Virus record (IMG/VR): IMGVR_UViG_3300038832_000018 | Span: 1-62,483 of that record | Origin: a virus | Taxonomy: Duplodnaviria; Caudoviricetes | Strand: one strand, 5' to 3' | DNA: 62,483 nt | In this document: positions 8,727 to 16,875 of the stretch, piece after piece | How the letters are laid out: each line of letters opens with the position of its first letter | How positions within the stretch are numbered: the first letter of the stretch is position 1 | Made by a program: the position numbers and the translations under genes | Notes under the pieces: model-generated | Told to the model about the DNA's origin: nothing | What the model saw: the letters and a program-made list of their open reading frames with translations, nothing else | The model's database searches: none

Positions 8727-8920
8727 AAACCATCCCGCAAGGGTGCAAGTGTCCGAATCACCGACTACGGACACCCACAGACCTAAACATCGGTGTACCC
8801 CGATACTCGTGGGGGACTTAAGCATCGAGTAGAGTAGGTGAAGCGCGTGTGACACTGACCCTCTGAGGGCAGGCGCACACCGACTCGACCCTTTAAAATG
8901 CAACCCCTAAACCCCGAACA

Positions 8921-9067
8921 ATGAAACGTTCAAACTTCGCCCCTCTGCTCGTGGGCGGCATCATCCTGCTCGCCTGCCTGGTGTCCTCGTGCGCCACGAC
9001 CGAATATACTTCGAGCACCTACCGACACCATAACCACGGCGCGTGTGCCGCATACCAAAACCCCTGA
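8921..9067 (+). CDS. 48-aa putative lipoprotein
   Basis: MKR + hydrophobic stretch + VSS-C lipobox; translated by hand. Confidence 0.65.
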   Translation: MKRSNFAPLLVGGIILLACLVSSCATTEYTSSTYRHHNHGACAAYQNP

Positions 9068-9071
9068 AACC

Positions 9072-9461
9072 ATGACTGAACAACAACTCGGCTACATCCC
9101 TCACGAGGGTATGCCCGTGAACTTGTACATGGGTCCGATGTCACAGCGCAACTACGATGCCCTGTGGAACTACCAAAAGACGGCAGGTTCCTTCGCATCC
9201 TCGCTCATCCAAGCGTTCTGGAACGCTGACGGCAACAACCGCATCAAGTTGCTCGATGCCTTCCCGTGGCTGTTCGTCCTGCGCGAGGAAATGATCGCGG
9301 AGGCGGAGACGTGGTGGGAGGAGTACGAGGAGGAGAACAAAGTCTGCTCCACCTGCGATGGCAACGGCTCCTACCTGAGCGGCCACTACGCTGACCCCGA
9401 CTCGTACGAGGTCACCTGCCCTGACTGCGACACCTACGACCCTGACACCCGCGACCGCTGA
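9072..9461 (+). CDS. Early protein with C-terminal zinc finger
   Basis: CSTCDGNG...CPDC. Confidence 0.7.
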   Translation: MTEQQLGYIPHEGMPVNLYMGPMSQRNYDALWNYQKTAGSFASSLIQAFWNADGNNRIKLLDAFPWLFVLREEMIAEAETWWEEYEEENKVCSTCDGNGSYLSGHYADPDSYEVTCPDCDTYDPDTRDR

Positions 9462-9471
9462 AATCCAACCC

Positions 9472-9535
9472 TTAGTATCTCTTAGTATATACACTCTCTT
9501 CATTTATGAAGAGTGTATATACTAAGAGAGACTTA
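9472..9535. repeat. Hairpin repeat E3 (subtype A)
   Basis: tagtatatacactct-cttcatttatga-agagtgtatatacta. Confidence 0.9.
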
Positions 9536-9554
9536 CCCCAAACCCCAAACCACT

Positions 9555-9962
9555 ATGGCAAAGAGAGAAAGAAAGAATGACGGCTACCTCGGGAAGGTAG
9601 AGTTCTGGACCGAGCAGTTGGCTCTCGCAAAAGAGGCGGAACAGCTCGGCCTTGAGGACCACTCACGCTACCCCATCGAGCGGTGCGAAGAGAGCCTCGC
9701 CTACTTCAAGGGCAAGCGGGCGGACTACCTCGCCAAGCACGGCGAGACCTCCGAGGCCGATGTTGAATCCGCGAAGGACCGCGCCATCCGCAAGTGTCAG
9801 GAGCGCTTCGAGGGCCTGAACGAGAGCGAGCGCATGATGCTGGCCAACAAGGTCATCAAGGATGCCACAGGCATGGGCATCAGCGTGAACGAAACGATGG
9901 CCTTCCTCAAGGACGCGGAGGTCATGAGCGACACCGAACTGATTCACTCCGTCACCTTTTAG
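9555..9962 (+). CDS. Hypothetical early protein
   Basis: ATG 9555; stop codon lies within E4. Confidence 0.7.
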   Translation: MAKRERKNDGYLGKVEFWTEQLALAKEAEQLGLEDHSRYPIERCEESLAYFKGKRADYLAKHGETSEADVESAKDRAIRKCQERFEGLNESERMMLANKVIKDATGMGISVNETMAFLKDAEVMSDTELIHSVTF

Positions 9963-10014
9963 ACACTCTAATAATACTCTGAACAAAGTGAAGAGTATTA
10001 TATAGAGAGTCTTA
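9959..10014. repeat. Hairpin repeat E4 (subtype B)
   Basis: ataatactct-gaacaaagtga-agagtattat. Confidence 0.9.
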
Positions 10015-10032
10015 CCCCAAACCCCAACCCCA

Positions 10033-10767
10033 ATGTCAAAAGTTCCATCTCGAATTGCATGGCATGACGGCAAAGTTCTGCACGTCATCCGCCTCGGCAA
10101 GACCACCAACGCAAAGATTGCACGCCCCACAGACAAGGTGTTGCAGACCTACCACTTCGACCTTCGGCAGTTGGCCCTCGTGCGGTCACACCTCGACGGC
10201 AAGCGCAAGATTCCGATGTCGGATTTCTTCGACCTCGATGCCGCCAACTGCATGGACTGCCCGCTCTCAAGCAACAGCGGCAACGGCAAGTGTTACACAC
10301 ACAAGTACATGCAGTTCAGCGGGTTCGTGTCCATGCTCAAGTCCCTGTGCAACGAGGACATCCACGAAGGTTTGGATGACGTGCACCGATTGGGTATCAA
10401 GCTGATGGCCGAACGTGCGGACTTCATCCGCTTCGGTACATACGGTGAGCCATCGCTACTCCCCATCGACCTTGTGGGCGACATCGTGGTGGCAGGGCAA
10501 TGCAAGTGGACGGGGTACACACACCAGGCGCGCAAGCCTTGGGCGCAAGACTACTCCGCCTACTTCATGGCTTCGGCCCACTCTGACAAAGACGCCGCAT
10601 CGATTACGGGGTGGCGGGCCTTCGTCTGCGTCGAGCCTGACGACACCTCCACGGGTGTGCAATGCCCTGCATCCAAGGAACTGAGCGTATCCAACTGCTC
10701 CACCTGCGGGCTGTGCTCAGGGATCTTGGGCAAGGGCAAGAAGAACATCAAAATCAATATGCACTGA
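10033..10767 (+). CDS. GP88-like / radical-SAM-like Fe-S protein
   Basis: CMDC-x10-CY, RFGTYGEP, GYTH and CPA...CSTCGLC motifs. Confidence 0.55.
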   Translation: MSKVPSRIAWHDGKVLHVIRLGKTTNAKIARPTDKVLQTYHFDLRQLALVRSHLDGKRKIPMSDFFDLDAANCMDCPLSSNSGNGKCYTHKYMQFSGFVSMLKSLCNEDIHEGLDDVHRLGIKLMAERADFIRFGTYGEPSLLPIDLVGDIVVAGQCKWTGYTHQARKPWAQDYSAYFMASAHSDKDAASITGWRAFVCVEPDDTSTGVQCPASKELSVSNCSTCGLCSGILGKGKKNIKINMH

Positions 10768-10844
10768 CATGCCAAAAGCAGAACTCATCAAGGCGCTCGA
10801 CGGCGTTCCAGAACACATCCCGCTGTACGTTATGCTCTGAACCA

Positions 10845-10903
10845 TTAGATACTCTATAGATATACTCTGAACATAGTGAAGAGTATATCGATAGAGAATC
10901 TTA
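10845..10903. repeat. Hairpin repeat E5 (subtype B)
   Basis: gatatactct-gaacatagtga-agagtatatc. Confidence 0.9.
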
Positions 10904-10918
10904 GAAACCCTGACCCCA

Positions 10919-11632
10919 ATGATTGACCTCAAGAAATCCCCCCGCACCATGGAACTCCCTCCGAACCCCCTCCGTACCCTGTACCGCCGCCGCTGTAGCG
11001 TGACGGGTGAAGGCATGAACTCTGGTTGGCTCTTCGAAGACGACCACGACACCATCAAGTACAAGCGTGACGTGGTCCGCGTCATCAAAGATTGCGCCCC
11101 CAACTACGGCCTCAATGTCGAGGGCCGTTCGGACGACGACATCCTGCAAGCCGCATTCGAACTCGACATCTGCTATTGGACCGAGTGGGAGGAGGAGATT
11201 GGTCCCGACGACGAGTGCTACACCCTGCACGGGGTGACCTTGCACACGGAAGCGGACCGCAAAGCCTACCGCAACAACCTCCCCTGCTCTGACGTGGAGC
11301 GGGCCGCAGTAGTCCTGGCGGACCGTGGTTACCACGTGTGGGTCATCGAAGGTGAGGGCGAGGAGTACGGGGATCCACGACTGTGGACAGGCAAGCAGTT
11401 CCTCTGCATCGGAAATATTTGGGACCACAAACTGACGGAGGCCATTGCAGTCGAGGTTGGCAAGCGCGAGTTGAAGCACTACTCCGACCACTACCTCGCC
11501 GACCCTGACAAGTTCTTGGGCACTGCGATGAACCCCAATCGGTGGCGCTTCATCGGATGGGAGAGCATCCACAAGACCCTCCCCGAACTCATGCCCAAAG
11601 AGTACGGCGCTGAAGACATCCCATTTGACTGA
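10919..11632 (+). CDS. Acidic hypothetical early protein
   Basis: 237 aa between E5 and E6. Confidence 0.75.
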   Translation: MIDLKKSPRTMELPPNPLRTLYRRRCSVTGEGMNSGWLFEDDHDTIKYKRDVVRVIKDCAPNYGLNVEGRSDDDILQAAFELDICYWTEWEEEIGPDDECYTLHGVTLHTEADRKAYRNNLPCSDVERAAVVLADRGYHVWVIEGEGEEYGDPRLWTGKQFLCIGNIWDHKLTEAIAVEVGKRELKHYSDHYLADPDKFLGTAMNPNRWRFIGWESIHKTLPELMPKEYGAEDIPFD

Positions 11633-11638
11633 ACCCCA

Positions 11639-11697
11639 TTAGATACTCTAAGTATATACTCTGAACAAAGTGAAGAGTATATACATAGAGAATCTTA
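11639..11697. repeat. Hairpin repeat E6 (subtype B)
   Basis: gtatatactct-gaacaaagtga-agagtatatac. Confidence 0.9.
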
Positions 11698-11710
11698 AAC
11701 CCCTAACCCC

Positions 11711-12043
11711 ATGAAGTTTTACAACGTCGACCCCAAGAAAGGTATCACCGACCACCTGAAGGATGCACTCGAAGACAGCATGAGACTCGAACGCATCTTG
11801 AATTACTGCGCCGAGGTTGACATCAACCCGTATGCAGAGAACCCGCTCGATGCGAGTTCCTCGACCCCCTTCATCGAGTTCCTGCCCGACACCAACCTCG
11901 CGAACGTTTCGTGGCGAGAGGAAGACATGATGACCGACGACTACACCTCCCCGTCATGGCTGATGGGGAACATCCAAGAGGCGTTGCAATCCATCATCGC
12001 ACTCTACCTCGAACACGACAAGCAAGCCACCATCGACCTCTAA
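11711..12043 (+). CDS. Hypothetical early protein
   Basis: 110 aa, directly after E6. Confidence 0.7.
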   Translation: MKFYNVDPKKGITDHLKDALEDSMRLERILNYCAEVDINPYAENPLDASSSTPFIEFLPDTNLANVSWREEDMMTDDYTSPSWLMGNIQEALQSIIALYLEHDKQATIDL

Positions 12044-12046
12044 GCT

Positions 12047-12265
12047 ATGGACTCATACGGAATCTACGTGATGGCTACCATCATCGAACACCACTGCGGA
12101 TTGCACGGAGATGCAATGGACCTGCATTGGGAGTTTTCTGCCGCACATTATGCCAACTTCTACCGCTCCCGTTGGGATAGCGAGGACCGCAGTCAGGCCG
12201 ACTGCATTGAAACATACGTCAAACACCAATCTGAGAACGACCCCGATTGGTTAAACCCTGAGTAA
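12047..12265 (+). CDS. Hypothetical early protein
   Basis: Coupled 72-aa ORF. Confidence 0.65.
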   Translation: MDSYGIYVMATIIEHHCGLHGDAMDLHWEFSAAHYANFYRSRWDSEDRSQADCIETYVKHQSENDPDWLNPE

Positions 12266-12726
12266 TGATTGACAGACAAGTAAACGCTAAGGTCATCTAT
12301 CCTACCCTTGGCTACACCGTACTCAGTACGGGACAGGATATCCGCCGAGACGAGAACGTCGAGGTCATCGTTCACGTTGGACACGCCGCCCATGGAAGGG
12401 CGTGGTTCGAGTTCTACGACAGGAAGACAGAGGGGGAGGCGTACCACGCCGAGGGAGAACTCGAGGTCGAGGACGGCAAGCTCGTGGGGTACGATGGTGT
12501 CGGAGAACTCCCGACTGTGGTGATGGACATCGCACGGGACAAGTTCGGTGTCGACGTGTCGGAGGTGTACCACGATGACGGACAGCCCAACGAATACGAG
12601 ATGTTCATGTACTGGGTGGACGGCAAGTGCTTCCACACCATGCATGACGCCCGACAATACATCCACTCCCTCAAGCTCGATCTTGACGCGAACCGCGCCA
12701 AGTTCAAGGAGATTCAGAGGAAGTGA
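12265..12726 (+). CDS. Hypothetical early protein
   Basis: TAATG start/stop overlap, 153 aa. Confidence 0.7.
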   Translation: MIDRQVNAKVIYPTLGYTVLSTGQDIRRDENVEVIVHVGHAAHGRAWFEFYDRKTEGEAYHAEGELEVEDGKLVGYDGVGELPTVVMDIARDKFGVDVSEVYHDDGQPNEYEMFMYWVDGKCFHTMHDARQYIHSLKLDLDANRAKFKEIQRK

Positions 12727-12813
12727 ACGTGGTGGGGACCACGGGGAAGAGGGTGAGAGCGCACCACCCGTCATCGAATACATCGTGCGCCGAAGGGGTG
12801 AGAGGCCCCTACA

Positions 12814-12855
12814 TGATGCGAATGGTTAATGAGGGTTCGATTCCCTCCCGCATCA
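12814..12855 (+). ncRNA. tRNA minihelix-like element
   Basis: TGATGCG-10 nt-GAGGG-TTCGATT-CCCTC-c-CGCATCA. Confidence 0.5.
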
Positions 12856-12988
12856 CCTCCTGTTCAGAGGTGTGAATTGGTATAGGGGTAGCCTATGCCC
12901 GACCTCACCACAGAAGGGAACAGGTAGCGGAACGCCTCATCCGATAAAACGACAGGGGGAAGTCGTCGAACTGCAGTCGGCGCACACT

Positions 12989-13061
12989 GCCCACGTAGCT
13001 CAGGGGATAGAGCAACTGCCTTCTAAGCAGTCGGTCGCAGGTTCGAATCCTGCCGTGGGTA
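12989..13061 (+). tRNA. tRNA-Arg(TCT)
   Basis: Full cloverleaf: acceptor GCCCACG/CGTGGGT, TAGCTCAG..GGATAGAGC D-arm, CTTCTAA anticodon loop, GGTTCGAATCC; CCA not encoded. Confidence 0.92.
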
Positions 13062-13084
13062 CTAACCCCCAAACACACACAATC

Positions 13085-13213
13085 ATGGACAAAGAAATCA
13101 TCGACGAACTCTGCAACAAAGTAGCAGACATCAAGTACGAACTACAACAGGTCCTTGACGTCCTGTACAGATTACAAAGCGAAGAAGAGAACACATGGAC
13201 AACGAAATTATAA
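13085..13213 (+). CDS. Small hypothetical protein
   Basis: 42 aa, helical, follows a C/A-rich leader. Confidence 0.5.
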   Translation: MDKEIIDELCNKVADIKYELQQVLDVLYRLQSEEENTWTTKL

Positions 13214-13677
13214 AGCGCCTTGAGTGGCATGACGGCGGCGATGGTGTCGATTACGAGTTCTGGAAAGACCCTGATACAGGAAAGCTGTACAAGGTGCCAA
13301 TCCAAATCGAGCGGCTGTTCGACCAGGCAGAAGCAGTGGATAGAGTCTCAAAATTCTTCTACATGAATCATTTTGACAAGACCGTACTGGAGACGGTACA
13401 GAAAGACATCGAAGCCGTCGAGCGGGTCGGCAGTATGCGGGGACTGATTGGATGGTGGTCTGTCACAGACGCCCACGGTACGGGCCTCGCAGGTGAAGAC
13501 CAATGGAACTTCGTCACGGATAGCTACCCCAAGTTCGTGGAGTGGGTGCTGAAGCAGTACATGGAGAACGAGCCTCACCCGATGTACACCGACCGCAAAA
13601 TTCACTGGAGAGACATCGATGACTACGAGGTCATGACCGCATACATCGAAGAGATGGGAAGCATCGACAACATTTGA
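13195..13677 (+). CDS. Hypothetical protein
   Basis: 160-aa ORF. Confidence 0.7.
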   Translation: MDNEIIKRLEWHDGGDGVDYEFWKDPDTGKLYKVPIQIERLFDQAEAVDRVSKFFYMNHFDKTVLETVQKDIEAVERVGSMRGLIGWWSVTDAHGTGLAGEDQWNFVTDSYPKFVEWVLKQYMENEPHPMYTDRKIHWRDIDDYEVMTAYIEEMGSIDNI

Positions 13678-13688
13678 CACACACAATC

Positions 13689-14036
13689 ATGAGTTATTAC
13701 TACACCAAACCCGACCAGCCGCTGAACGCGTACAACCAACTATGTTGCATCCAAGGCATCACCGATGACCTCGATGCTCTGAAGCCCCTGCTCGAAGAGC
13801 AGTTCGATATCCGCGTCAAGATGGCTGACGAATATTTCACTCTGCCCACCCCTGGGGAACCAGACACGGGGGGCAGGCGTGACATCCTCTTCTATGTCCA
13901 CGACGACGACACCATGAAGTTCGCCGTACCTCGATTGCAGTTCGGCATCAGGTGGTGGGAGGACATCCTCGGCAACGGCCACGGCCCGACGATTCCGCAG
14001 GAGATTCTTGACAAATACCCAAACACATGGACATGA
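13689..14036 (+). CDS. Hypothetical protein
   Basis: ATG at 13689. Confidence 0.7.
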   Translation: MSYYYTKPDQPLNAYNQLCCIQGITDDLDALKPLLEEQFDIRVKMADEYFTLPTPGEPDTGGRRDILFYVHDDDTMKFAVPRLQFGIRWWEDILGNGHGPTIPQEILDKYPNTWT

Positions 14037-14314
14037 GTTTCCTTACACGCACCCCAGCACTCGACCAACACGTATCTATTCGATTGAATCTGCGTGCTGA
14101 GCAAATCTCCGACAGGGTCAAGCGCGAAAGCGAGCGACACGGAGAGAACTACAAAGACCTGGACGGCCCCCCGATGCGCTGTCTGGCGAACATGTTTGTC
14201 AATCACGCAGACACTGAAGTCATCACCGCGTGGTTGGAGAGGCAGGACACCGCGTTCCGTGACTACGTCCCGCGTATGGTGTTCGAAATCCTGAAGGACA
14301 ACACGTACGAATGA
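14027..14314 (+). CDS. Hypothetical protein
   Basis: Coupled ORF. Confidence 0.6.
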   Translation: MDMSFLTRTPALDQHVSIRLNLRAEQISDRVKRESERHGENYKDLDGPPMRCLANMFVNHADTEVITAWLERQDTAFRDYVPRMVFEILKDNTYE

Positions 14315-14472
14315 CGCAAGCATACCTCGACGAACTACAGGCTCGCATTGACGAGCTGTATGATAGGCTTCTCGATGATCCTGAGTGCAGGGCCACAGCA
14401 ATCCTGCTGTCTGCGTGCATCGACAACTACAATGCGAAACTCAAACTCCTACAGAAACCATGCGCCAACTAA
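14311..14472 (+). CDS. Small hypothetical protein
   Basis: ATGA overlap, 53 aa; translated by hand. Confidence 0.5.
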   Translation: MTQAYLDELQARIDELYDRLLDDPECRATAILLSACIDNYNAKLKLLQKPCAN

Positions 14473-15329
14473 AAATCACACAACAAGTCACACGTAGAGA
14501 CGCTGAGTCGCTCAACAAGTACCTGACTGACATCTCACCGATTGGACTGATTGACGCACAGCGAGAGGCAGAGCTGGCCTATCGCATCCGTGTGCACGGA
14601 GACAAGCAAGCCATGGACGAGTTGGTCAAGGCTAATCTGCGCTTTGTGGTCTCCGTTGCCAAGCAGTATCAGGGGCAGGGATTGAGCCTGCAAGACCTCA
14701 TCAACGAAGGCAACCTCGGGCTCATTAAAGCGGCCACTCGCTTCGACGAGACCAAGGGGTTTAAGTTCATCTCGTATGCGGTCTGGTGGATTCGACAGCA
14801 CATCTTGCAGGGGATCAGCACGCAGGGTCGTACGGTGCGTCTGCCACAGAACAAGATTGCTACGGTGGTCAAGATTCGCAACGCCACGTCAGACCTCATG
14901 CAAGAGAACGAACGGCCCCCTACGATTTACGAGTTGGCCGAACACCTTGGCGTTTCTGTAAAGGAGATTGAGCTATGCATCTCAAACACAGGGGCAGTAC
15001 CGTCCCTGGACGCGCCATTGTCCTCCGACAGCTCTTCGAGTCCATTCATCGACATCGTCCCTGATTCCGAGGGCGACCACCCCGACCAACTCATGGACCT
15101 GATGTCCATGCGACAAGACATAGCTGAAGCGCTCAAGGTGTGCAGTCCGCGCGAGCAGAAAATCCTGTGCATGTGTTACGGCATTGGCACAGAACACCCA
15201 CACACGCTGGATGAAATCGCCGAGCACTTCGACGTCACTCGTGAACGCGTCCGACAAATCAAAGACAAAGCCATCAGACGACTGCGCCGTCCGATGATTA
15301 ACAATATGCTCCGAAGCCATTTGGGTTAG
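14460..15329 (+). CDS. rpoD: RNA polymerase sigma-70 factor, Bacteroidota primary-sigma type (no region 1.1)
   Basis: MRQLKITQQVT start; NLRFVVSVAKQY, DLINEGNLGL, KFISYAVWWIRQ and TRERVRQI motifs. Confidence 0.92.
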   Translation: MRQLKITQQVTRRDAESLNKYLTDISPIGLIDAQREAELAYRIRVHGDKQAMDELVKANLRFVVSVAKQYQGQGLSLQDLINEGNLGLIKAATRFDETKGFKFISYAVWWIRQHILQGISTQGRTVRLPQNKIATVVKIRNATSDLMQENERPPTIYELAEHLGVSVKEIELCISNTGAVPSLDAPLSSDSSSSPFIDIVPDSEGDHPDQLMDLMSMRQDIAEALKVCSPREQKILCMCYGIGTEHPHTLDEIAEHFDVTRERVRQIKDKAIRRLRRPMINNMLRSHLG

Positions 15330-15384
15330 ACACTCTAAGTATATACTATGAACATAGTGAATAGTATATACATAGAGAGTCTTA
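15326..15384. repeat. Hairpin repeat E7 (subtype B)
   Basis: gtatatactat-gaacatagtga-atagtatatac; contains the sigma-factor stop codon. Confidence 0.9.
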
Positions 15385-15567
15385 ATGATAGAGACCATGA
15401 CACTGAAAGAACAACGAGACCTGCAAGACAAACATCGAATCATGACGGCATTGATAAACAACAAGGGCCATCGACGTGCGGCCAGCATCGATCTCTGCAT
15501 GAGCGAACGCACCCTGTACCGCTACCTCCGCCGCCTTGATTTGCAAAAATTTGCCAAGAGCACTTGA
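15385..15567 (+). CDS. Fis-type HTH protein
   Basis: ALINNKGHRRAASIDLCMSERTLYRYL. Confidence 0.7.
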   Translation: MIETMTLKEQRDLQDKHRIMTALINNKGHRRAASIDLCMSERTLYRYLRRLDLQKFAKST

Positions 15568-15616
15568 CAAACCACCAACACCCCGTATCTTTACAAACCC
15601 TCAACACCCTAACCCC

Positions 15617-16120
15617 ATGAATGAGAACACCGAACACAACGGCATCCTTGTCGTTGCCAACACCTACCGCCGCCCCTGGGGCACAGGAAAGACTGTGCAA
15701 CAAGCCCGCAAGAACGGCTACGGAATCCGCAAGACGGACCACCAAACCATTTACTACTTCCGCCACAGTCATTGGGCTGTGAGTGGTTACGGCAACCCCG
15801 TCTACCCACCTGACGTCGAGCCCCCCGTGGAAGTGACCATGTACAAGGGGGAGATCATCAAGATGACCCTCCATGGACGTGGTGAAGCTTATGAGAATGG
15901 CTGGAAGAGCGAGGTGTACATCATGGAGCACCCCGACTCCGATGCCGCTGAGAAGGACCGCGTCAAAGGTAAGATGGTGTACGAGGAGCAGGACTCCGAG
16001 TACGAATTCAACGAGGCCAACGACAACTTCAACAGCCCGACCTACATGAAGAAGACAGACATGGTCGAGTACGAGCCAGGCAAGTGGCGTGACAAGAAGT
16101 ATGCAAACGAAGCGGCATGA
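15617..16120 (+). CDS. Hypothetical protein
   Basis: ATG at 15617 after a TATCTTTA promoter-like site and C/A-rich leader. Confidence 0.7.
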   Translation: MNENTEHNGILVVANTYRRPWGTGKTVQQARKNGYGIRKTDHQTIYYFRHSHWAVSGYGNPVYPPDVEPPVEVTMYKGEIIKMTLHGRGEAYENGWKSEVYIMEHPDSDAAEKDRVKGKMVYEEQDSEYEFNEANDNFNSPTYMKKTDMVEYEPGKWRDKKYANEAA

Positions 16121-16275
16121 TTACTGACGGCGAGAAAGACATCCGAACCTGCCTGTTCGAACTCGAGCAGTCCGCAGTGGGGCGTGACGACATGGAGGAC
16201 CTGGAGCTGGTGCAACGGGTACAGAAGTTTGTCGACGACCAAGAGAACACCATCCTAAATCTTTTCAAGCAATGA
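16117..16275 (+). CDS. Small hypothetical protein
   Basis: ATGA overlaps at both ends. Confidence 0.55.
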   Translation: MITDGEKDIRTCLFELEQSAVGRDDMEDLELVQRVQKFVDDQENTILNLFKQ

Positions 16276-16556
16276 GCGACCACATCTACATCAAGTGCCT
16301 TGGAGAACCCTTCGACGGGTACTCTCCATACAAAGTGTACGAAACCGACGACTGGCTGGCCGTCATGTACGACAGCAGTGATAGGGGCAGGCCCACTGAG
16401 CACGACCTGAACATCTGGTGGGACGAGAACAAAGAGAAGTGGCAATGGGCCATCTACAGCCTTCGTAAGGACCGCGAAGGCATGATGCAGACGGATGGTC
16501 GTCTGGCCATCGCCAGCGGTGACGCAGAAGTAGCAGAAGATTATGCAGGACACTAA
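16272..16556 (+). CDS. Hypothetical protein
   Basis: Coupled ORF. Confidence 0.65.
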   Translation: MSDHIYIKCLGEPFDGYSPYKVYETDDWLAVMYDSSDRGRPTEHDLNIWWDENKEKWQWAIYSLRKDREGMMQTDGRLAIASGDAEVAEDYAGH

Positions 16557-16566
16557 CGAAGAACAC

Positions 16567-16875
16567 ATGAGCCACGATCACGTAGACCCCCTATTCAAGA
16601 ACATCTTGAACGCAGTCAGCGGACAGATGGAGTTCGTTGCCAAGCGCATCGACATCAAACTCAAAGAGAAAATGCCAGACACACAACGCCTGACCGTTCA
16701 GCAGGCCCAAGCACTGAACAAATTGCTCGACCTCATCCACGACCTCATGCACGAAGTGGATGACCAGCACAGACAAGACAAGTACGAACGCAGATTCCAA
16801 CTCATCCTCGACAAGCTGTTCCCTGAACGCGTGCAGTGGAGAAACACCAATGCTGATGGCACGAAACAATCCTGA
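16567..16875 (+). CDS. Hypothetical protein
   Basis: ORF within the operon. Confidence 0.6.
   Translation: MSHDHVDPLFKNILNAVSGQMEFVAKRIDIKLKEKMPDTQRLTVQQAQALNKLLDLIHDLMHEVDDQHRQDKYERRFQLILDKLFPERVQWRNTNADGTKQS

Noticed and set aside
7525-15384. Hairpin repeats as a CRISPR array
   Set aside because: Spacing is 0.4-3.6 kb and contains genes; copies diverge; no cas genes recognised
15325-15384. Canonical integron attC site (GTTAGAC matches GTTRRRY)
   Set aside because: Present in only one copy and at the 5' arm, the opposite of the attC layout; no integron integrase
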